From positions 1-14,506 of the IMG/VR virus record IMGVR_UViG_2554235189_000015: a stretch of DNA of 14,506 bases; one strand, written 5' to 3'. The position numbers and the translations under genes were made by a program. The notes under the pieces were generated by a model. It ran no database searches. It was given only the letters and a program-made list of their open reading frames with translations, and was not told where the DNA came from. Below are positions 1 through 10,127 of the stretch, piece after piece (within the stretch, counting starts at the first letter, position 1; each line of letters opens with the position of its first letter). This DNA is from a virus (taxonomy: Duplodnaviria > Heunggongvirae > Uroviricota > Caudoviricetes).

Positions 1-75
1 CTGGGTCATATCCCTCCGGCAGAAGCAGAAAAAGCTTATTATGCTTCCATCAGAAACGATGATCTGGCAGCCTGA
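1..75 (+). CDS. 3-prime end of an upstream gene (partial; by synteny probably the portal protein)
   Basis: The frame beginning at position 1 reads LGHIPPAEAEKAYYASIRNDDLAA and stops at TGA 73-75, using common enterobacterial codons. The other two frames are rich in rare codons (ata, cgg, agg). Portal precedes scaffold in P22-like phages. The protein identity is inferred from position only. Confidence 0.35.
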   Translation: MGHIPPAEAEKAYYASIRNDDLAA

Positions 76-158
76 GTTCACAGATAAAACACTCTCCAGG
101 AAAACCGGGGCGGTTCACACAGCCTGAGAATGAAAGCCAGGATGACAACGGTAAAGAG

Positions 159-914
159 GTGGCAACTGAGCCTGAAAAAACCGAAGAGACACCAGAAGAT
201 TACGCCTTGCGTATTGGTGATGAAGAAATTCAGCTTAACGCTGACGATGATGATCACATTGACGGGAAACCTGCACCGCAATGGGTGAAAGATCTTCGCA
301 AAGGCTTCAAAGAAACACAGAAAGAAAACCGTGAGTTGCGCCGCCAGCTTGAGGAAGCATTAGCCAAGCCTGCGGAACATCAGCAACCACAACCAGACGC
401 TATTCCACCAAAACCGACTCTTGAGTCGTGTGATTATGACGAACAGGCGTTTGAACAGGCATTGACTGATTGGCATGAGAAAAAAGGCCGTGTCGAACAG
501 CAGCAGCAACAAAAACTACGTCAGCAACAGGAATACCAACAGCGTTTCCAGCAAAGGGTAGAAGCGCATAAACAACGGGCAGCCAAACTTCCTGTGAAAG
601 ATTATCAGGAAATGGAGGCCATTGTTCTTAGTGAGCTACCACCAATTCAGCAGGAAATCATCATTCACTGTGCAGACGAAGGCTCTGAACTACTCGCCTA
701 TGGCTTAGGTAAGAGCCAGCAATTACGCCAGCGTGTAGCCGCTGAGACAGATCCAATTCGCGCAGCATTCCTCTTGGGGCAGATTAGCAAACAGGTAAGC
801 CTTGCTCCAAAACCAAAGAAAGCCATCAAGCCAGAGCCGGAAGTACGTGGTGGCGGTGCTGATGCGAAACAAGACGAATTCAACAAATTATGCCCCGGCG
901 CAAAAATCGAATAA
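159..914 (+). CDS. Scaffolding protein (P22 gp8-like)
   Basis: 251-aa ORF with an acidic N-terminus and a C-terminal segment (LPVKDYQEMEAIVLSELPP...LLAYGLGKSQQLRQ...LAPKPKK) that resembles the recalled coat-binding C-terminal region of P22 scaffold. Lies directly upstream of the coat gene. The start is uncertain: GTG at 159 is the only canonical start in a frame that is open back to position 63. Confidence 0.8.
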   Translation: MATEPEKTEETPEDYALRIGDEEIQLNADDDDHIDGKPAPQWVKDLRKGFKETQKENRELRRQLEEALAKPAEHQQPQPDAIPPKPTLESCDYDEQAFEQALTDWHEKKGRVEQQQQQKLRQQQEYQQRFQQRVEAHKQRAAKLPVKDYQEMEAIVLSELPPIQQEIIIHCADEGSELLAYGLGKSQQLRQRVAAETDPIRAAFLLGQISKQVSLAPKPKKAIKPEPEVRGGGADAKQDEFNKLCPGAKIE

Positions 915-925
915 GGAAAAGATAA

Positions 926-2197
926 ATGCCTAACAATCTCGACAGTAACGTCAGTCAAATCGTTCTGAAAAAATTCCTTCCTGGTTTTATGTCAGATTTA
1001 GTTCTGGCGAAAACCGTAGACCGTCAGTTGCTGGCAGGTGAAATCAACTCCAGCACTGGCGATAGCGTTAGCTTTAAACGTCCGCATCAATTCTCATCCC
1101 TCCGTACTCCCACTGGTGATATTTCGGGGCAAAATAAAAACAACCTGATCTCAGGTAAAGCTACGGGGCGTGTAGGTAACTACATCACTGTTGCTGTTGA
1201 ATATCAGCAACTGGAGGAAGCGATCAAGCTTAACCAACTGGAAGAAATTCTCGCGCCGGTTCGCCAGCGAATCGTTACCGACCTTGAAACAGAGCTTGCT
1301 CACTTCATGATGAATAACGGTGCGTTGTCACTTGGTAGCCCCAATACTCCAATCACCAAATGGTCTGATGTTGCGCAGACGGCATCTTTCCTGAAAGACC
1401 TCGGCGTTAATGAAGGTGAAAACTATGCTGTAATGGATCCATGGTCTGCACAGCGACTTGCTGATGCGCAGACTGGTTTGCACGCTTCAGATCAATTGGT
1501 TCGTACTGCATGGGAGAATGCGCAGATTCCAACCAATTTTGGCGGCATTCGCGCACTGATGTCTAATGGGCTTGCCTCTCGTACGCAGGGGGCATTTGGC
1601 GGAACACTGACAGTCAAAACACAGCCAACTGTTACCTATAACGCAGTTAAAGACTCATACCAGTTCACTGTAACATTGACCGGAGCGACAGCCAGCGTTA
1701 CAGGTTTTCTGAAAGCTGGTGATCAGGTTAAATTCACCAATACCTACTGGCTGCAACAGCAGACCAAACAGGCGTTGTATAACGGAGCCACACCAATTAG
1801 CTTCACTGCAACGGTTACTGCTGATGCTAATTCAGACAGCAGTGGCGATGTGACGGTTACGCTTTCTGGTGTTCCGATTTATGACACTACAAACCCGCAG
1901 TACAACTCTGTAAGTCGTCAGGTAGCGGCAGGCGATGCCGTATCTGTAGTAGGCACTGCTAGCCAGACAATGAAGCCAAACCTGTTCTATAACAAGTTCT
2001 TCTGTGGACTTGGCTCTATCCCACTGCCGAAACTGCACAGTATTGATTCTGCTGTTGCAACATATGAAGGTTTCTCCATCCGCGTACATAAATACGCAGA
2101 TGGCGATGCCAACGTGCAAAAAATGCGCTTTGACTTACTGCCTGCATATGTGTGCTTTAACCCTCACATGGGCGGTCAGTTCTTCGGTAATCCGTAA
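926..2197 (+). CDS. Major capsid (coat) protein, Sf6-type length (423 aa)
   Basis: ATG at 926 preceded by AAGGAAAAG (913-921). 423-aa ORF directly after scaffold and followed by a hairpin terminator. The N-terminus does not match the recalled P22 gp5 sequence, so this is called Sf6-like on position and size only. Confidence 0.85.
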   Translation: MPNNLDSNVSQIVLKKFLPGFMSDLVLAKTVDRQLLAGEINSSTGDSVSFKRPHQFSSLRTPTGDISGQNKNNLISGKATGRVGNYITVAVEYQQLEEAIKLNQLEEILAPVRQRIVTDLETELAHFMMNNGALSLGSPNTPITKWSDVAQTASFLKDLGVNEGENYAVMDPWSAQRLADAQTGLHASDQLVRTAWENAQIPTNFGGIRALMSNGLASRTQGAFGGTLTVKTQPTVTYNAVKDSYQFTVTLTGATASVTGFLKAGDQVKFTNTYWLQQQTKQALYNGATPISFTATVTADANSDSSGDVTVTLSGVPIYDTTNPQYNSVSRQVAAGDAVSVVGTASQTMKPNLFYNKFFCGLGSIPLPKLHSIDSAVATYEGFSIRVHKYADGDANVQKMRFDLLPAYVCFNPHMGGQFFGNP

Positions 2198-2201
2198 TAA
2201 C

Positions 2202-2228
2202 AAGGGGCTTCCGCCCCTTTTATGTTTT
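2202..2228 (+). terminator. Rho-independent terminator/attenuator downstream of the coat gene
   Basis: Perfect 7-bp stem AAGGGGC (2202-2208) / GCCCCTT (2213-2219) with loop TTCC, followed by the T-rich tract TTATGTTTT, immediately after the coat stop codon. Confidence 0.7.
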
Positions 2229-2239
2229 AAGGAAACAAT

Positions 2240-2425
2240 ATGGATCGCATGAGTGTATTCCTTGCCGCAGATAACGAATCCGGACATGTACAGGCCGTTA
2301 TCGCAGAAAAAGACTTCCAGTTTTTCGAAAAGTTGGGCTTTGTTGCCTCAGTTGATGAATTGAAACCGACCAGTAAGCGAGGTCGTAAGGCGGCAGACAA
2401 TGGCAACAGTACTGACAAAGGGTGA
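2240..2425 (+). CDS. Small hypothetical protein between coat and gp4-like genes
   Basis: 61-aa ORF with ATG at 2240 preceded by AAGGAAACAAT. Its 3-prime end overlaps the next gene start by 26 nt. Function unknown. Confidence 0.5.
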   Translation: MDRMSVFLAADNESGHVQAVIAEKDFQFFEKLGFVASVDELKPTSKRGRKAADNGNSTDKG

Positions 2426-2882
2426 GATCGTCCTTTTTGCGCTTCGTAAGTTTGCTATTGCTTCTAATGCATCGCTGACTGATGTTGAGCCGCAATCAAT
2501 TGAAGATGGTGTAAATGATCTGGAAGATATGATGTCCGAGTGGATGATTAACCCCGGCGACATTGGTTACGCTTTCGCAACTGGAGATGAGCAGCCATTA
2601 CCAGATGATGAGTCTGGTCTTCCAAGAAAATACAAACACGCAGTAGGCTATCAGTTATTGCTGAGAATGCTATCTGATTACAGCCTTGAACCAACTCCGC
2701 AAGTTCTCAGTAACGCCCAACGCTCATTTGATGCCTTGATGACCGACACTCTGGTTGTTCCTTCAATGCGACGACGTGGAGATTTTCCTGTAGGACAGGG
2801 TAATAAATATGACGTGTTCACATCTGACCGATATTATCCAGGCGATCTCCCTCTGATTGATGGCGATATCCCAAACGCATAG
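2400..2882 (+). CDS. Head completion / tail adaptor protein (P22 gp4-like)
   Basis: The N-terminus ([28 protein letters not shown]) matches the recalled P22 gp4 N-terminus ([28 protein letters not shown]). 160 aa versus about 166 aa in P22. AAGG lies 9 nt upstream of the ATG. Confidence 0.9.
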   Translation: [160 protein letters not shown]

Positions 2883-2890
2883 GTGAATAA

Positions 2891-4309
2891 ATGCCTATTC
2901 AGCAACTTCCGCTTATGAAAGGTGTCGGCAAAGACTTTAGAAACGCCGACTATATCGACTATCTGCCAGTGAATATGTTGGCTACACCCAAAGAAATCCT
3001 TAACAGCAGCGGATATCTTCGCTCATTCCCTGGCATTGCCAAACGTTCTGATGTGAACGGTGCATCTCGCGGCGTCGAGTACAACATGGCGCAGAATGCT
3101 GTTTATCGCGTATGTGGTGGCAAGCTGTACAAAGGAGAAAGCGAGGTCGGTGATGTTGCCGGAAGTGGTCGCGTATCAATGGCGCATGGTCGAACATCTC
3201 AGGCGGTAGGCGTTAATGGTCAACTGGTAGAGTATCGCTATGATGGCACGGTTAAAACCGTCTCAAACTGGCCTGCAGACAGCGGATTCACTCAGTATGA
3301 GTTAGGTTCGGTTCGTGACATTACGCGCTTGCGCGGGCGTTATGCGTGGTCAAAAGACGGCACTGATTCATGGTTTATCACTGACCTTGGAGACGAATCA
3401 CATCCTGACCGTTACAGCGCACAATATCGTGCCGAGTCTCAGCCTGACGGCATCATCGGCATAGGAACATGGCGAGACTTCATCGTCTGCTTTGGTTCAT
3501 CGACGATTGAATATTTCTCCCTGACAGGTGCAACCACCGTTGGTGCCGCGTTGTATGTCGCACAGCCATCACTGATGGTGCAGAAAGGGATTGCCGGAAC
3601 CTACTGCAAAACGCCGTTTGCTGATTCGTATGCGTTCATCAGCAATCCGGCAACAGGTGCGCCGTCTGTATATATCATCGGCTCCGGTCAGGTATCACCA
3701 ATCGCCAGCGCGAGCATTGAGAAAATACTACGCTCCTACACTGCTGATGAACTGGCTGATGGCGTAATGGAATCGTTGCGCTTTGATGCGCATGAGTTGC
3801 TGATTATCCATCTTCCGCGCCACGTCCTCGTGTACGACGCATCTTCAAGCGCCAATGGTCCGCAATGGTGTGTGTTGAAAACTGGCTTGTATGACGATGT
3901 GTACCGCGCTATCGACTTCATTTACGAAGGCAATCAGATAACGTGCGGCGATAAGCTGGATTCCGTGACCGGGAAATTGCAATTCGACATCAGCAGCCAG
4001 TACGACAAGCAACAGGAACACCTGCTGTTTACTCCGTTGTTCAAAGCGGATAACGCCAGAGTTTTCGACCTTGAAGTTGAATCTTCAACTGGAGTTGCGC
4101 AGTATGCTGACCGCCTTTTTCTCTCTGCAACCACTGACGGCATCAATTACGGACGTGAGCAGATGATTGAGCAGAATGAACCGTTCGTTTACGACAAACG
4201 CGTTTTGTGGAAGCGAGTAGGGCGCATCAGGAAAAATGTCGGCTTCAAATTGCGCGTTATCACGAAGTCACCTGTCACTCTGTCTGGTTGCCAGATAAGG
4301 ATTGAGTAA
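2891..4309 (+). CDS. Tail hub protein (P22 gp10-like)
   Basis: 472 aa, the same length as P22 gp10, with near-identity to the recalled gp10 N-terminus ([46 protein letters not shown]). AGGTGA SD upstream of ATG 2891. Confidence 0.95.
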   Translation: MPIQQLPLMKGVGKDFRNADYIDYLPVNMLATPKEILNSSGYLRSFPGIAKRSDVNGASRGVEYNMAQNAVYRVCGGKLYKGESEVGDVAGSGRVSMAHGRTSQAVGVNGQLVEYRYDGTVKTVSNWPADSGFTQYELGSVRDITRLRGRYAWSKDGTDSWFITDLGDESHPDRYSAQYRAESQPDGIIGIGTWRDFIVCFGSSTIEYFSLTGATTVGAALYVAQPSLMVQKGIAGTYCKTPFADSYAFISNPATGAPSVYIIGSGQVSPIASASIEKILRSYTADELADGVMESLRFDAHELLIIHLPRHVLVYDASSSANGPQWCVLKTGLYDDVYRAIDFIYEGNQITCGDKLDSVTGKLQFDISSQYDKQQEHLLFTPLFKADNARVFDLEVESSTGVAQYADRLFLSATTDGINYGREQMIEQNEPFVYDKRVLWKRVGRIRKNVGFKLRVITKSPVTLSGCQIRIE

Positions 4310-5157
4310 TGGCGGATTCGAATCTCAATGTGCCGGTAATCATTCAGGCTACACGGCTCGACACATCAGTCCTTCCACGCAATATCTTCTCGCAGTCGTA
4401 TCTGCTTTACGTTATCGCACAGGGTACTGATGTTGGTAACGTGGCGAACAAGGCCAACGAGGCCGGACAGGGCGCTTATGACGCACAAGTCAGGAACGAT
4501 GAGCAGGATGTGATTCTGGTCGATCACGAAATTCGACTGGCATCAGCTGAAGCGAAGATTCAGGACCACGAAACAAGGATCACTAACGCAGAATCGGCGA
4601 TAGTCGGCCTTGATTCCCGATTAACGACAGCAGAAAACGATATTGATTATCTGACTGATGAAGTTATCGCCATTCAAAACACGCTTTCAGACCATGAAAC
4701 GCGCATTGATGCTCTGGAGTATGCCACTACTCGCAAAAAGTCAGAGGTTGTTTACTCTGGCGTATCTGTAACCATCCCGACAGCGCCGACCAACCTTGTT
4801 AGCCTGCTGAAAACGCTCACGCCGTCATCCGGGACGTTGGCACCATTCTTCGACACTGTTAACAACAAGATGGTTGTGTTCAACGAGAACAAAACCTTGT
4901 TCTTCAAGCTGTCGATCGTCGGGACGTGGCCCAGCGGAACCGCCAACAGGTCAATGCAGCTAACCTTTTCCGGCTCTGTTCCTGACACGTTGGTCAGCAG
5001 TCGTAATGCGGCGACAACAACCGACAACATCCTGTTAGCTACGTTCTTCAGCGTGGATAAAGACGGCTTTCTTGCCACAAATGGCAGTACGTTAACCATT
5101 CAGTCAAATGGTGCGGCGTTTACTGCCACAACCATCAAGATAATCGCGGAGCAGTAA
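4309..5157 (+). CDS. Tail needle protein (P22 gp26-like N-terminus with a C-terminal knob extension, Sf6-type)
   Basis: The N-terminus ([43 protein letters not shown]...[13 protein letters not shown]) matches the recalled gp26 N-terminus. At 282 aa it is longer than P22 gp26 (about 233 aa), with a beta-rich C-terminal domain. The start overlaps the gp10 stop (TAATG). Confidence 0.9.
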   Translation: MADSNLNVPVIIQATRLDTSVLPRNIFSQSYLLYVIAQGTDVGNVANKANEAGQGAYDAQVRNDEQDVILVDHEIRLASAEAKIQDHETRITNAESAIVGLDSRLTTAENDIDYLTDEVIAIQNTLSDHETRIDALEYATTRKKSEVVYSGVSVTIPTAPTNLVSLLKTLTPSSGTLAPFFDTVNNKMVVFNENKTLFFKLSIVGTWPSGTANRSMQLTFSGSVPDTLVSSRNAATTTDNILLATFFSVDKDGFLATNGSTLTIQSNGAAFTATTIKIIAEQ

Positions 5158-5612
5158 TGATTCAGTTCAAACCAACGCGAAACATCGACCTGATCGAAGC
5201 CGTGGGAAATCACCCCGACATTATCGCCGGGAGCAACAACGGTGATGGATACGACTACAAGCCTGAATGCCGTTACTTCGAGGTGAACGTGCACGGGCAG
5301 TTCGGCGGCATTGTTTACTATCAGGAGATTCAGCCTTTGACCTTTGATTGCCACGCCATGTACCTGCCAGAGGTTCGTGGATTCAGCAAGGAAATCGGGC
5401 TGGCGTTCTGGCGATACATTCTGACTAACACCACCGTTCAGTGCGTCACATCGTTCGCTGCGCGCAAATTCCGCCACGGTCAGATGTACTGCGCAATGAT
5501 TGGCCTTAAGCGAGTAGGAACCATCAAGAAATACTTCAAAGGCGTGGATGACGTGACTTTTTACAGCGCAACACGCGAAGAACTAATCGACTTCCTGAAT
5601 CACGGGAGATAG
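5157..5612 (+). CDS. P22 gp14-like virion protein
   Basis: 151-aa ORF in the syntenic position between the tail needle and the ejection proteins. Start overlaps the previous stop (TAATG). Assigned by position and size only. Confidence 0.7.
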   Translation: MIQFKPTRNIDLIEAVGNHPDIIAGSNNGDGYDYKPECRYFEVNVHGQFGGIVYYQEIQPLTFDCHAMYLPEVRGFSKEIGLAFWRYILTNTTVQCVTSFAARKFRHGQMYCAMIGLKRVGTIKKYFKGVDDVTFYSATREELIDFLNHGR

Positions 5613-5614
5613 CC

Positions 5615-6307
5615 ATGTTATATGCATTTAAGCTGGGCAGAAAACTGCGCGGCGAGGAACCTTATTGCCCTGAAAAGGGTGGGAAAGGTGGCAGTTCTGA
5701 TAAAAGCGCAAAGTATGCCGCAGAAGCTCAGAAGTATGCAGCAGACCTGCAAAATCAGCAGTGGCAGACGATCATGAAAAACCTTGCTCCGTTCACGCCT
5801 CTTGCGGAGCAGTATGTTAACCAGTTGCAGAATCTTTCCAGTTTAGAAGGTCAGGGGCAGGCACTTAATCAGTATTACAACTCTCAGCAGTATAAAGACC
5901 TTGCAGGTCAGGCGCGTTACCAGAGTCTTGCTGCTGCGGAGGCGACGGGTGGACTTGGTTCGACAGCCACAAGCAATCAACTGGCTACGATCGCGCCGAC
6001 ACTCGGTCAGTCTTGGTTATCAAACCAGATGAGCAATTACAACAATCTGGCAAACGTTGGGCTTGGTGCGCTGCAAGGTCAGGCAAACGCCGGGCAGACG
6101 TACGCCAACAACATGAGCAGCATTGCACAGCAAAGCGCAGCACTTGCCGCTGCTAATGCCAATAAACCATCAAGTCTTCAGACTGCAATTAGCGGTGGCA
6201 CGTCTGGTGCGATTGCCGGTGCAGGTCTTGCCAGCCTTTTGGGAACATCAACGCCTTGGGGCGCTGGCATTGGTGCTGGTATCGGATTGCTTGGCTCGTT
6301 GTTTTAA
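5615..6307 (+). CDS. Ejection (internal virion) protein, P22 gp7-like
   Basis: 230 aa (P22 gp7 is about 229 aa). N-terminus MLYAFKLGRKLRGEE, with a Gly/Ala-rich hydrophobic C-terminus. GGGAGA SD 5 nt upstream of the ATG. Confidence 0.8.
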   Translation: MLYAFKLGRKLRGEEPYCPEKGGKGGSSDKSAKYAAEAQKYAADLQNQQWQTIMKNLAPFTPLAEQYVNQLQNLSSLEGQGQALNQYYNSQQYKDLAGQARYQSLAAAEATGGLGSTATSNQLATIAPTLGQSWLSNQMSNYNNLANVGLGALQGQANAGQTYANNMSSIAQQSAALAAANANKPSSLQTAISGGTSGAIAGAGLASLLGTSTPWGAGIGAGIGLLGSLF

Positions 6308-6316
6308 GGGGTAATC

Positions 6317-7783
6317 ATGGCTACTTGGCAAGGAACAAACGGCGGATTGTTGGCTGGTATCGGCGTCGTCAACTCAAACGCTCCGAGCGTAAATGACATC
6401 GGCAATACGCTTCAGCTTATCAGGCAGAACAATGATATTGAGCGTTCAGGCGCTAACAATGTTGGGCTGACTGCTTTGCAAGGTCTTTCAGGTATTGCGG
6501 GTGTTTTTCAGCAGGAAAAGCAGGCTCAGCGGCAGAAAGAATTTCAGCAGGCATACGCTAATGCTTATGCGTCTGGTGATCGCGGTGCTTTGCGTCAGTT
6601 GGCTACTCAATATCCAGACCAGATTGAATCCGTTCGTAAAGGCATGGGATTCATTGATGAAGACCAGCGCAATTCTATAGGCACCTTAGCGGCTGGCGCA
6701 CGCCTTGCGTCATCGTCTCCAGAAGCAATGCAATCATGGCTGCAAAACAACGCCAAGGAACTGACTCGCGTCGGTGTTGACCCTAACAGCGTTGCTCAGA
6801 TGTATCAGCAGAATCCTTCAGGATTTGGTGAGTTTGTTGATCACCTTGGGATGGCTGCGCTTGGTCCGATTGATTACTTCAATGTTCAGGACAAGATGGC
6901 TGGTCGGGATATTGAGCGTGGCGAGTTGGCAGAGACGATTCGCAGCAATCATGCTGGAGAAGCACTTCAGGCGAGAGGGCAGGATATTAGCCGAGCAAAT
7001 GCGTTAACGTCAGCATATGCACCAACAGCCGCAATGCAGAATTACAATCAGTACGCGCAAATGTTAAAGGCAGATCCAGATGGTGCAGCGGCATTTGCGG
7101 CAGCGGCGGGAATTAATCCCAATGCTAAGAAATTACTTAAGGTTGAAACCAATCCTGATGGCTCGGTAACTAAGTATTACACCGATGGCAGCGAGGAAGC
7201 CGGAAAACTAAACCAACCTATATCTGGTGATGGCATTAAACCAATTAGCTTGCCACAAGCGCAAAGCATCATAGATAAGGCTAATGAGGGTTCCAAGAAG
7301 GCGGCAGGATTTGCTTTGCGATTAAAAGATTCAATGGACTCAATGAATCAGCTTAGTAAAAGCATTGACCCTAAGCGAGTTGCATTAATAAATCGCTCTC
7401 TTGGTGATGGGACTATTGCAAATTTAAGCCTATCACCAGCGGAGCAGCAATACATGGTAAATGCGAGAGACGCCTTGTATGCAATTTTGCGCCCAGAAAC
7501 AGGTGCAGCAATTACTCTGCCAGAGATGCAGGAGTATTCCAAAATGTACCTGCCTCAGCCTGGTGATTCCAAGGCTGCTACTGAAACAAAAATGCGAAAA
7601 ATGCAGGGCCAATATAACTCATTACGTGGTCAGTCTGGTCGCGTTTATGATGCTTTGGTGGTTTCAAGTGCTGCAAATAGTCAACAACAGAGCAATAGCC
7701 AACAACCGACAAATACCCAACAGCAGCAGAGTCAATCCGGATCATATACCTCAAAATCAGGCATTCAATTTACGGTGGAATGA
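6317..7783 (+). CDS. Ejection protein, P22 gp20-like
   Basis: 488 aa in the syntenic position (P22 gp20 is about 471 aa). AAGGGG SD upstream. Q/S-rich low-complexity C-terminus. Confidence 0.75.
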   Translation: MATWQGTNGGLLAGIGVVNSNAPSVNDIGNTLQLIRQNNDIERSGANNVGLTALQGLSGIAGVFQQEKQAQRQKEFQQAYANAYASGDRGALRQLATQYPDQIESVRKGMGFIDEDQRNSIGTLAAGARLASSSPEAMQSWLQNNAKELTRVGVDPNSVAQMYQQNPSGFGEFVDHLGMAALGPIDYFNVQDKMAGRDIERGELAETIRSNHAGEALQARGQDISRANALTSAYAPTAAMQNYNQYAQMLKADPDGAAAFAAAAGINPNAKKLLKVETNPDGSVTKYYTDGSEEAGKLNQPISGDGIKPISLPQAQSIIDKANEGSKKAAGFALRLKDSMDSMNQLSKSIDPKRVALINRSLGDGTIANLSLSPAEQQYMVNARDALYAILRPETGAAITLPEMQEYSKMYLPQPGDSKAATETKMRKMQGQYNSLRGQSGRVYDALVVSSAANSQQQSNSQQPTNTQQQQSQSGSYTSKSGIQFTVE

Positions 7784-9627
7784 TGAAAGTAACTGCAAAC
7801 GGTAAGACATTTACCTTTCCTGATGGTACGAGCACCGAAGATATTGGCACCGCCATTGATGAGTATTTTGCTGGTCAGGCTGTTCAGCAACAAACAGTTA
7901 ATCAGGCCAATAATGCACCAACACGGGAAGAACCATCATTGATGCAACAAGCTGGTGATTGGCTCACTGGTGGTCAAAGTGCAGGGAAAATTGCGGAACA
8001 GGCTGGTCGTGGTCTGGTAAACATACCATTTGACGTATTGCAGGGCGGCGCAAGTCTGATTAATGCAATCAGTCAGGGGCTTGGTGGACCCAAGGTTTTG
8101 GATGATGTTTATCGTCCAGTAGACAGACCGACAGACCCCTACGCGCAAGCCGGTGAAACAATTGGTGGGTATTTAGTTCCAGGAGTTGGAACGGCAGGAA
8201 GCATGGCTATTGGATCACTGGCAGAGGCCGCAAATCAGAAAGGCGATTTCGCACAAAATGCAGCTAAAAATGCCGGAGTTAACCTTGCCGCTCAGGGTGT
8301 TCTTTCCGCAGCAGCAAAGGGAATAGGGCGTGGAATAACGGCTATAAAAGGTGATATTGCGCCAGAAGTGGCGAAGAAAATTGCCACATCAGAATCGATG
8401 GGCGTGACACCAATGACATCTGATGTTATCCCGCCGAAAAATGCTTTTACTCGCGGCCTAACTCAGGATGCCGAGGGGGCTTTGCTCGGGACAGGCTCAA
8501 AGCGAGCGGAGCAATATGCAACGCGTAGTAAGCTGGTAAGTAATTATTTTGACCGTTTTGGTGAGTACAACCCTGATGATGTGGTGAAATCTCTTACCAC
8601 CACGTTAAGGGGGCGGAAGGATGCCGCTGGCGCTGTTATCAATGACGTCACCAATAAAATGGGTAATGCCGCAGTTGATACCACAAATACCATGAATGCT
8701 CTGAATACAGCGATCGCAAGACAGGAACGGCTTGGGACGTCTGCCAATCAAAGCCTGCTTACATCCTTGCGTAACCTACGTGAAGAATTAGCAAACCCTG
8801 CAACTGATTTGGATGTTACGTTTGATCTCTTGCGTCAGCACAGAACAGCATTTAGATCTAATGTTCAGGGAGATGCTATGGTCTTCCCCAACCAGGCAAA
8901 AGCAGCTACCAATATGGTAGAGAATGCAATGTCAAAAGACCTTCGTAACGCAGTTGCTAAAAACCTCGGTGCATCAGACGCAGCAAAATACCTTAAAGCA
9001 AATTCCGATTATGCAAACGTTTATAATAAGGTGCTTAATAAAAACATTGCCAACAAGCTCAACAAGGCAAGCAGTGAAGCCAGTCCTGAACTTATAAATA
9101 CCGTTGTATTAAGCAGAAAACCATCTGACGTGAAACGAATCTGGAGCGCACTGGATGATAAGGGGAAAGATGCTATGCGTGCAGCTTACGTCAGCAAAAT
9201 AGCGGAAAAGGCCGGGGACTCTCCAGCCAAGTTCATCACTGAAGTTAATAAGCTGAAATCTCAGTCAGGCGGTGAAATTTACAACACTATTTTTTCTGGA
9301 AAGCACATGAAAGAGCTTGATGCTCTTCATGAAGTTCTACAGCAAACAGCAAGGTCAGACACCGCAAATGTAGTAACTCAGACGGGGCAATCGCAAGCCA
9401 ACAGGATAAGGACGATTGGCGCAACTGCGACCCTTGGCGTATCAATGGGGCTTGAGGCTGGTTTTGGTGCAATGATGCGCTTGTATGAGTCCAAAGCAGC
9501 AAGGAATGCTCTCTTACGCCTGGCAAACACTAAAACTGGAACGCCAGCTTATGAAAGAGCGCTAAATAATGCTGCAAATGCGATACGCCCTATACTTTCA
9601 AGCCAAATTACAGCAGAACAGCAATAA
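7780..9627 (+). CDS. Ejection protein, P22 gp16-like
   Basis: 615 aa in the syntenic position (P22 gp16 is about 609 aa). Start overlaps the gp20-like stop (ATGATGA), consistent with translational coupling. Confidence 0.75.
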   Translation: MMKVTANGKTFTFPDGTSTEDIGTAIDEYFAGQAVQQQTVNQANNAPTREEPSLMQQAGDWLTGGQSAGKIAEQAGRGLVNIPFDVLQGGASLINAISQGLGGPKVLDDVYRPVDRPTDPYAQAGETIGGYLVPGVGTAGSMAIGSLAEAANQKGDFAQNAAKNAGVNLAAQGVLSAAAKGIGRGITAIKGDIAPEVAKKIATSESMGVTPMTSDVIPPKNAFTRGLTQDAEGALLGTGSKRAEQYATRSKLVSNYFDRFGEYNPDDVVKSLTTTLRGRKDAAGAVINDVTNKMGNAAVDTTNTMNALNTAIARQERLGTSANQSLLTSLRNLREELANPATDLDVTFDLLRQHRTAFRSNVQGDAMVFPNQAKAATNMVENAMSKDLRNAVAKNLGASDAAKYLKANSDYANVYNKVLNKNIANKLNKASSEASPELINTVVLSRKPSDVKRIWSALDDKGKDAMRAAYVSKIAEKAGDSPAKFITEVNKLKSQSGGEIYNTIFSGKHMKELDALHEVLQQTARSDTANVVTQTGQSQANRIRTIGATATLGVSMGLEAGFGAMMRLYESKAARNALLRLANTKTGTPAYERALNNAANAIRPILSSQITAEQQ

Positions 9628-9641
9628 AAGATAAGATATAA

Positions 9642-10127
9642 CTACCTGATATTACTGCTACTGTTGCATGTTACCGTGTTTCCAAATCCTGAATTGCAGT
9701 TTGTATATGTGTCAACGCGTGTTGGGTAAGGTTGAGTTATAACAGGCTGGCGCGCTTTTTGCTCGATCGCTTGCATTGTGTTTACAGCCTGATAATTCAA
9801 TAAAGCCTGCTGGAATGCTTGGCTTTGCGCTATTTGTTGGGCTTGCTCTTGGCTTTGTAATTGAACATAAAGATTTTGAAGCTCAAGTCTTGCCTGTGCG
9901 TCACTTATCTTACCTTCATCAACACCTTGCCCGAGCATCTTTGCGGCAAGGACATACAGCTTAGGTGTTGGTGCAGACGCCATGCGTGAGTCGTTCTTCA
10001 CACTGGCATCAAGGCAATTAGCCATATCGCTAAGCTTTTGATAGCGTTGTTCGCAACTTGCTTGATAGTCACTTACTTTTGCGCATCCAACCAGAAGAAG
10101 CGGGATAATTAACAGTGATTTTTTCAT
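9642..10127 (-). CDS. Phage-encoded lipoprotein of unknown function (candidate superinfection-exclusion factor)
   Basis: Start assigned to the internal Met at 10127: MKKSLLIIPLLLVGC is a classic signal peptide with lipobox LVGC, and a strong SD (AAGGAGAG) lies about 8 nt upstream. The track start at 10163 has no SD. The mature protein is Gln-rich with four further cysteines. Occupies the position of sieA in P22 (between gene 16 and mnt, opposite strand to the late genes). Confidence 0.75.
   Translation of the reverse strand: MKKSLLIIPLLLVGCAKVSDYQASCEQRYQKLSDMANCLDASVKNDSRMASAPTPKLYVLAAKMLGQGVDEGKISDAQARLELQNLYVQLQSQEQAQQIAQSQAFQQALLNYQAVNTMQAIEQKARQPVITQPYPTRVDTYTNCNSGFGNTVTCNSSSNIR

Noticed and set aside
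78-281. 67-aa ORF on the - strand (78..281) and a 52-codon Lys/Arg-rich ORF from ATG 130 on the + strand
   Set aside because: Both overlap the scaffold 5-prime region and give junk-like translations. The ATG-130 ORF is retained only as part of the scaffold-start observation, not as a gene.
4311-4325. tRNA T-arm-like string GGCGGATTCGAATC
   Set aside because: It lies inside the tail needle coding sequence (codons for ADSNL), has no flanking acceptor or anticodon stem structure, and is not at an int-adjacent position. It is a coincidental match.
698-7805. Numerous ORFs in the track that overlap or lie antisense to the structural genes (for example 698..958 -, 1832..2119 -, 2004..2252 +, 2227..2418 -, 2298..2495 -, 2348..2563 -, 3000..3197 -, 3736..3921 -, 3934..4146 -, 4752..5099 -, 5100..5477 -, 6123..6314 +, 6495..6680 +, 6774..7007 +, 7348..7542 -, 7461..7805 +)
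   Set aside because: Each is fully embedded in or antisense to a long ORF with recognisable phage-protein similarity. Their translations are Cys/Arg/Trp-rich and low-complexity, and they lack convincing SD sequences. They are shadow ORFs.
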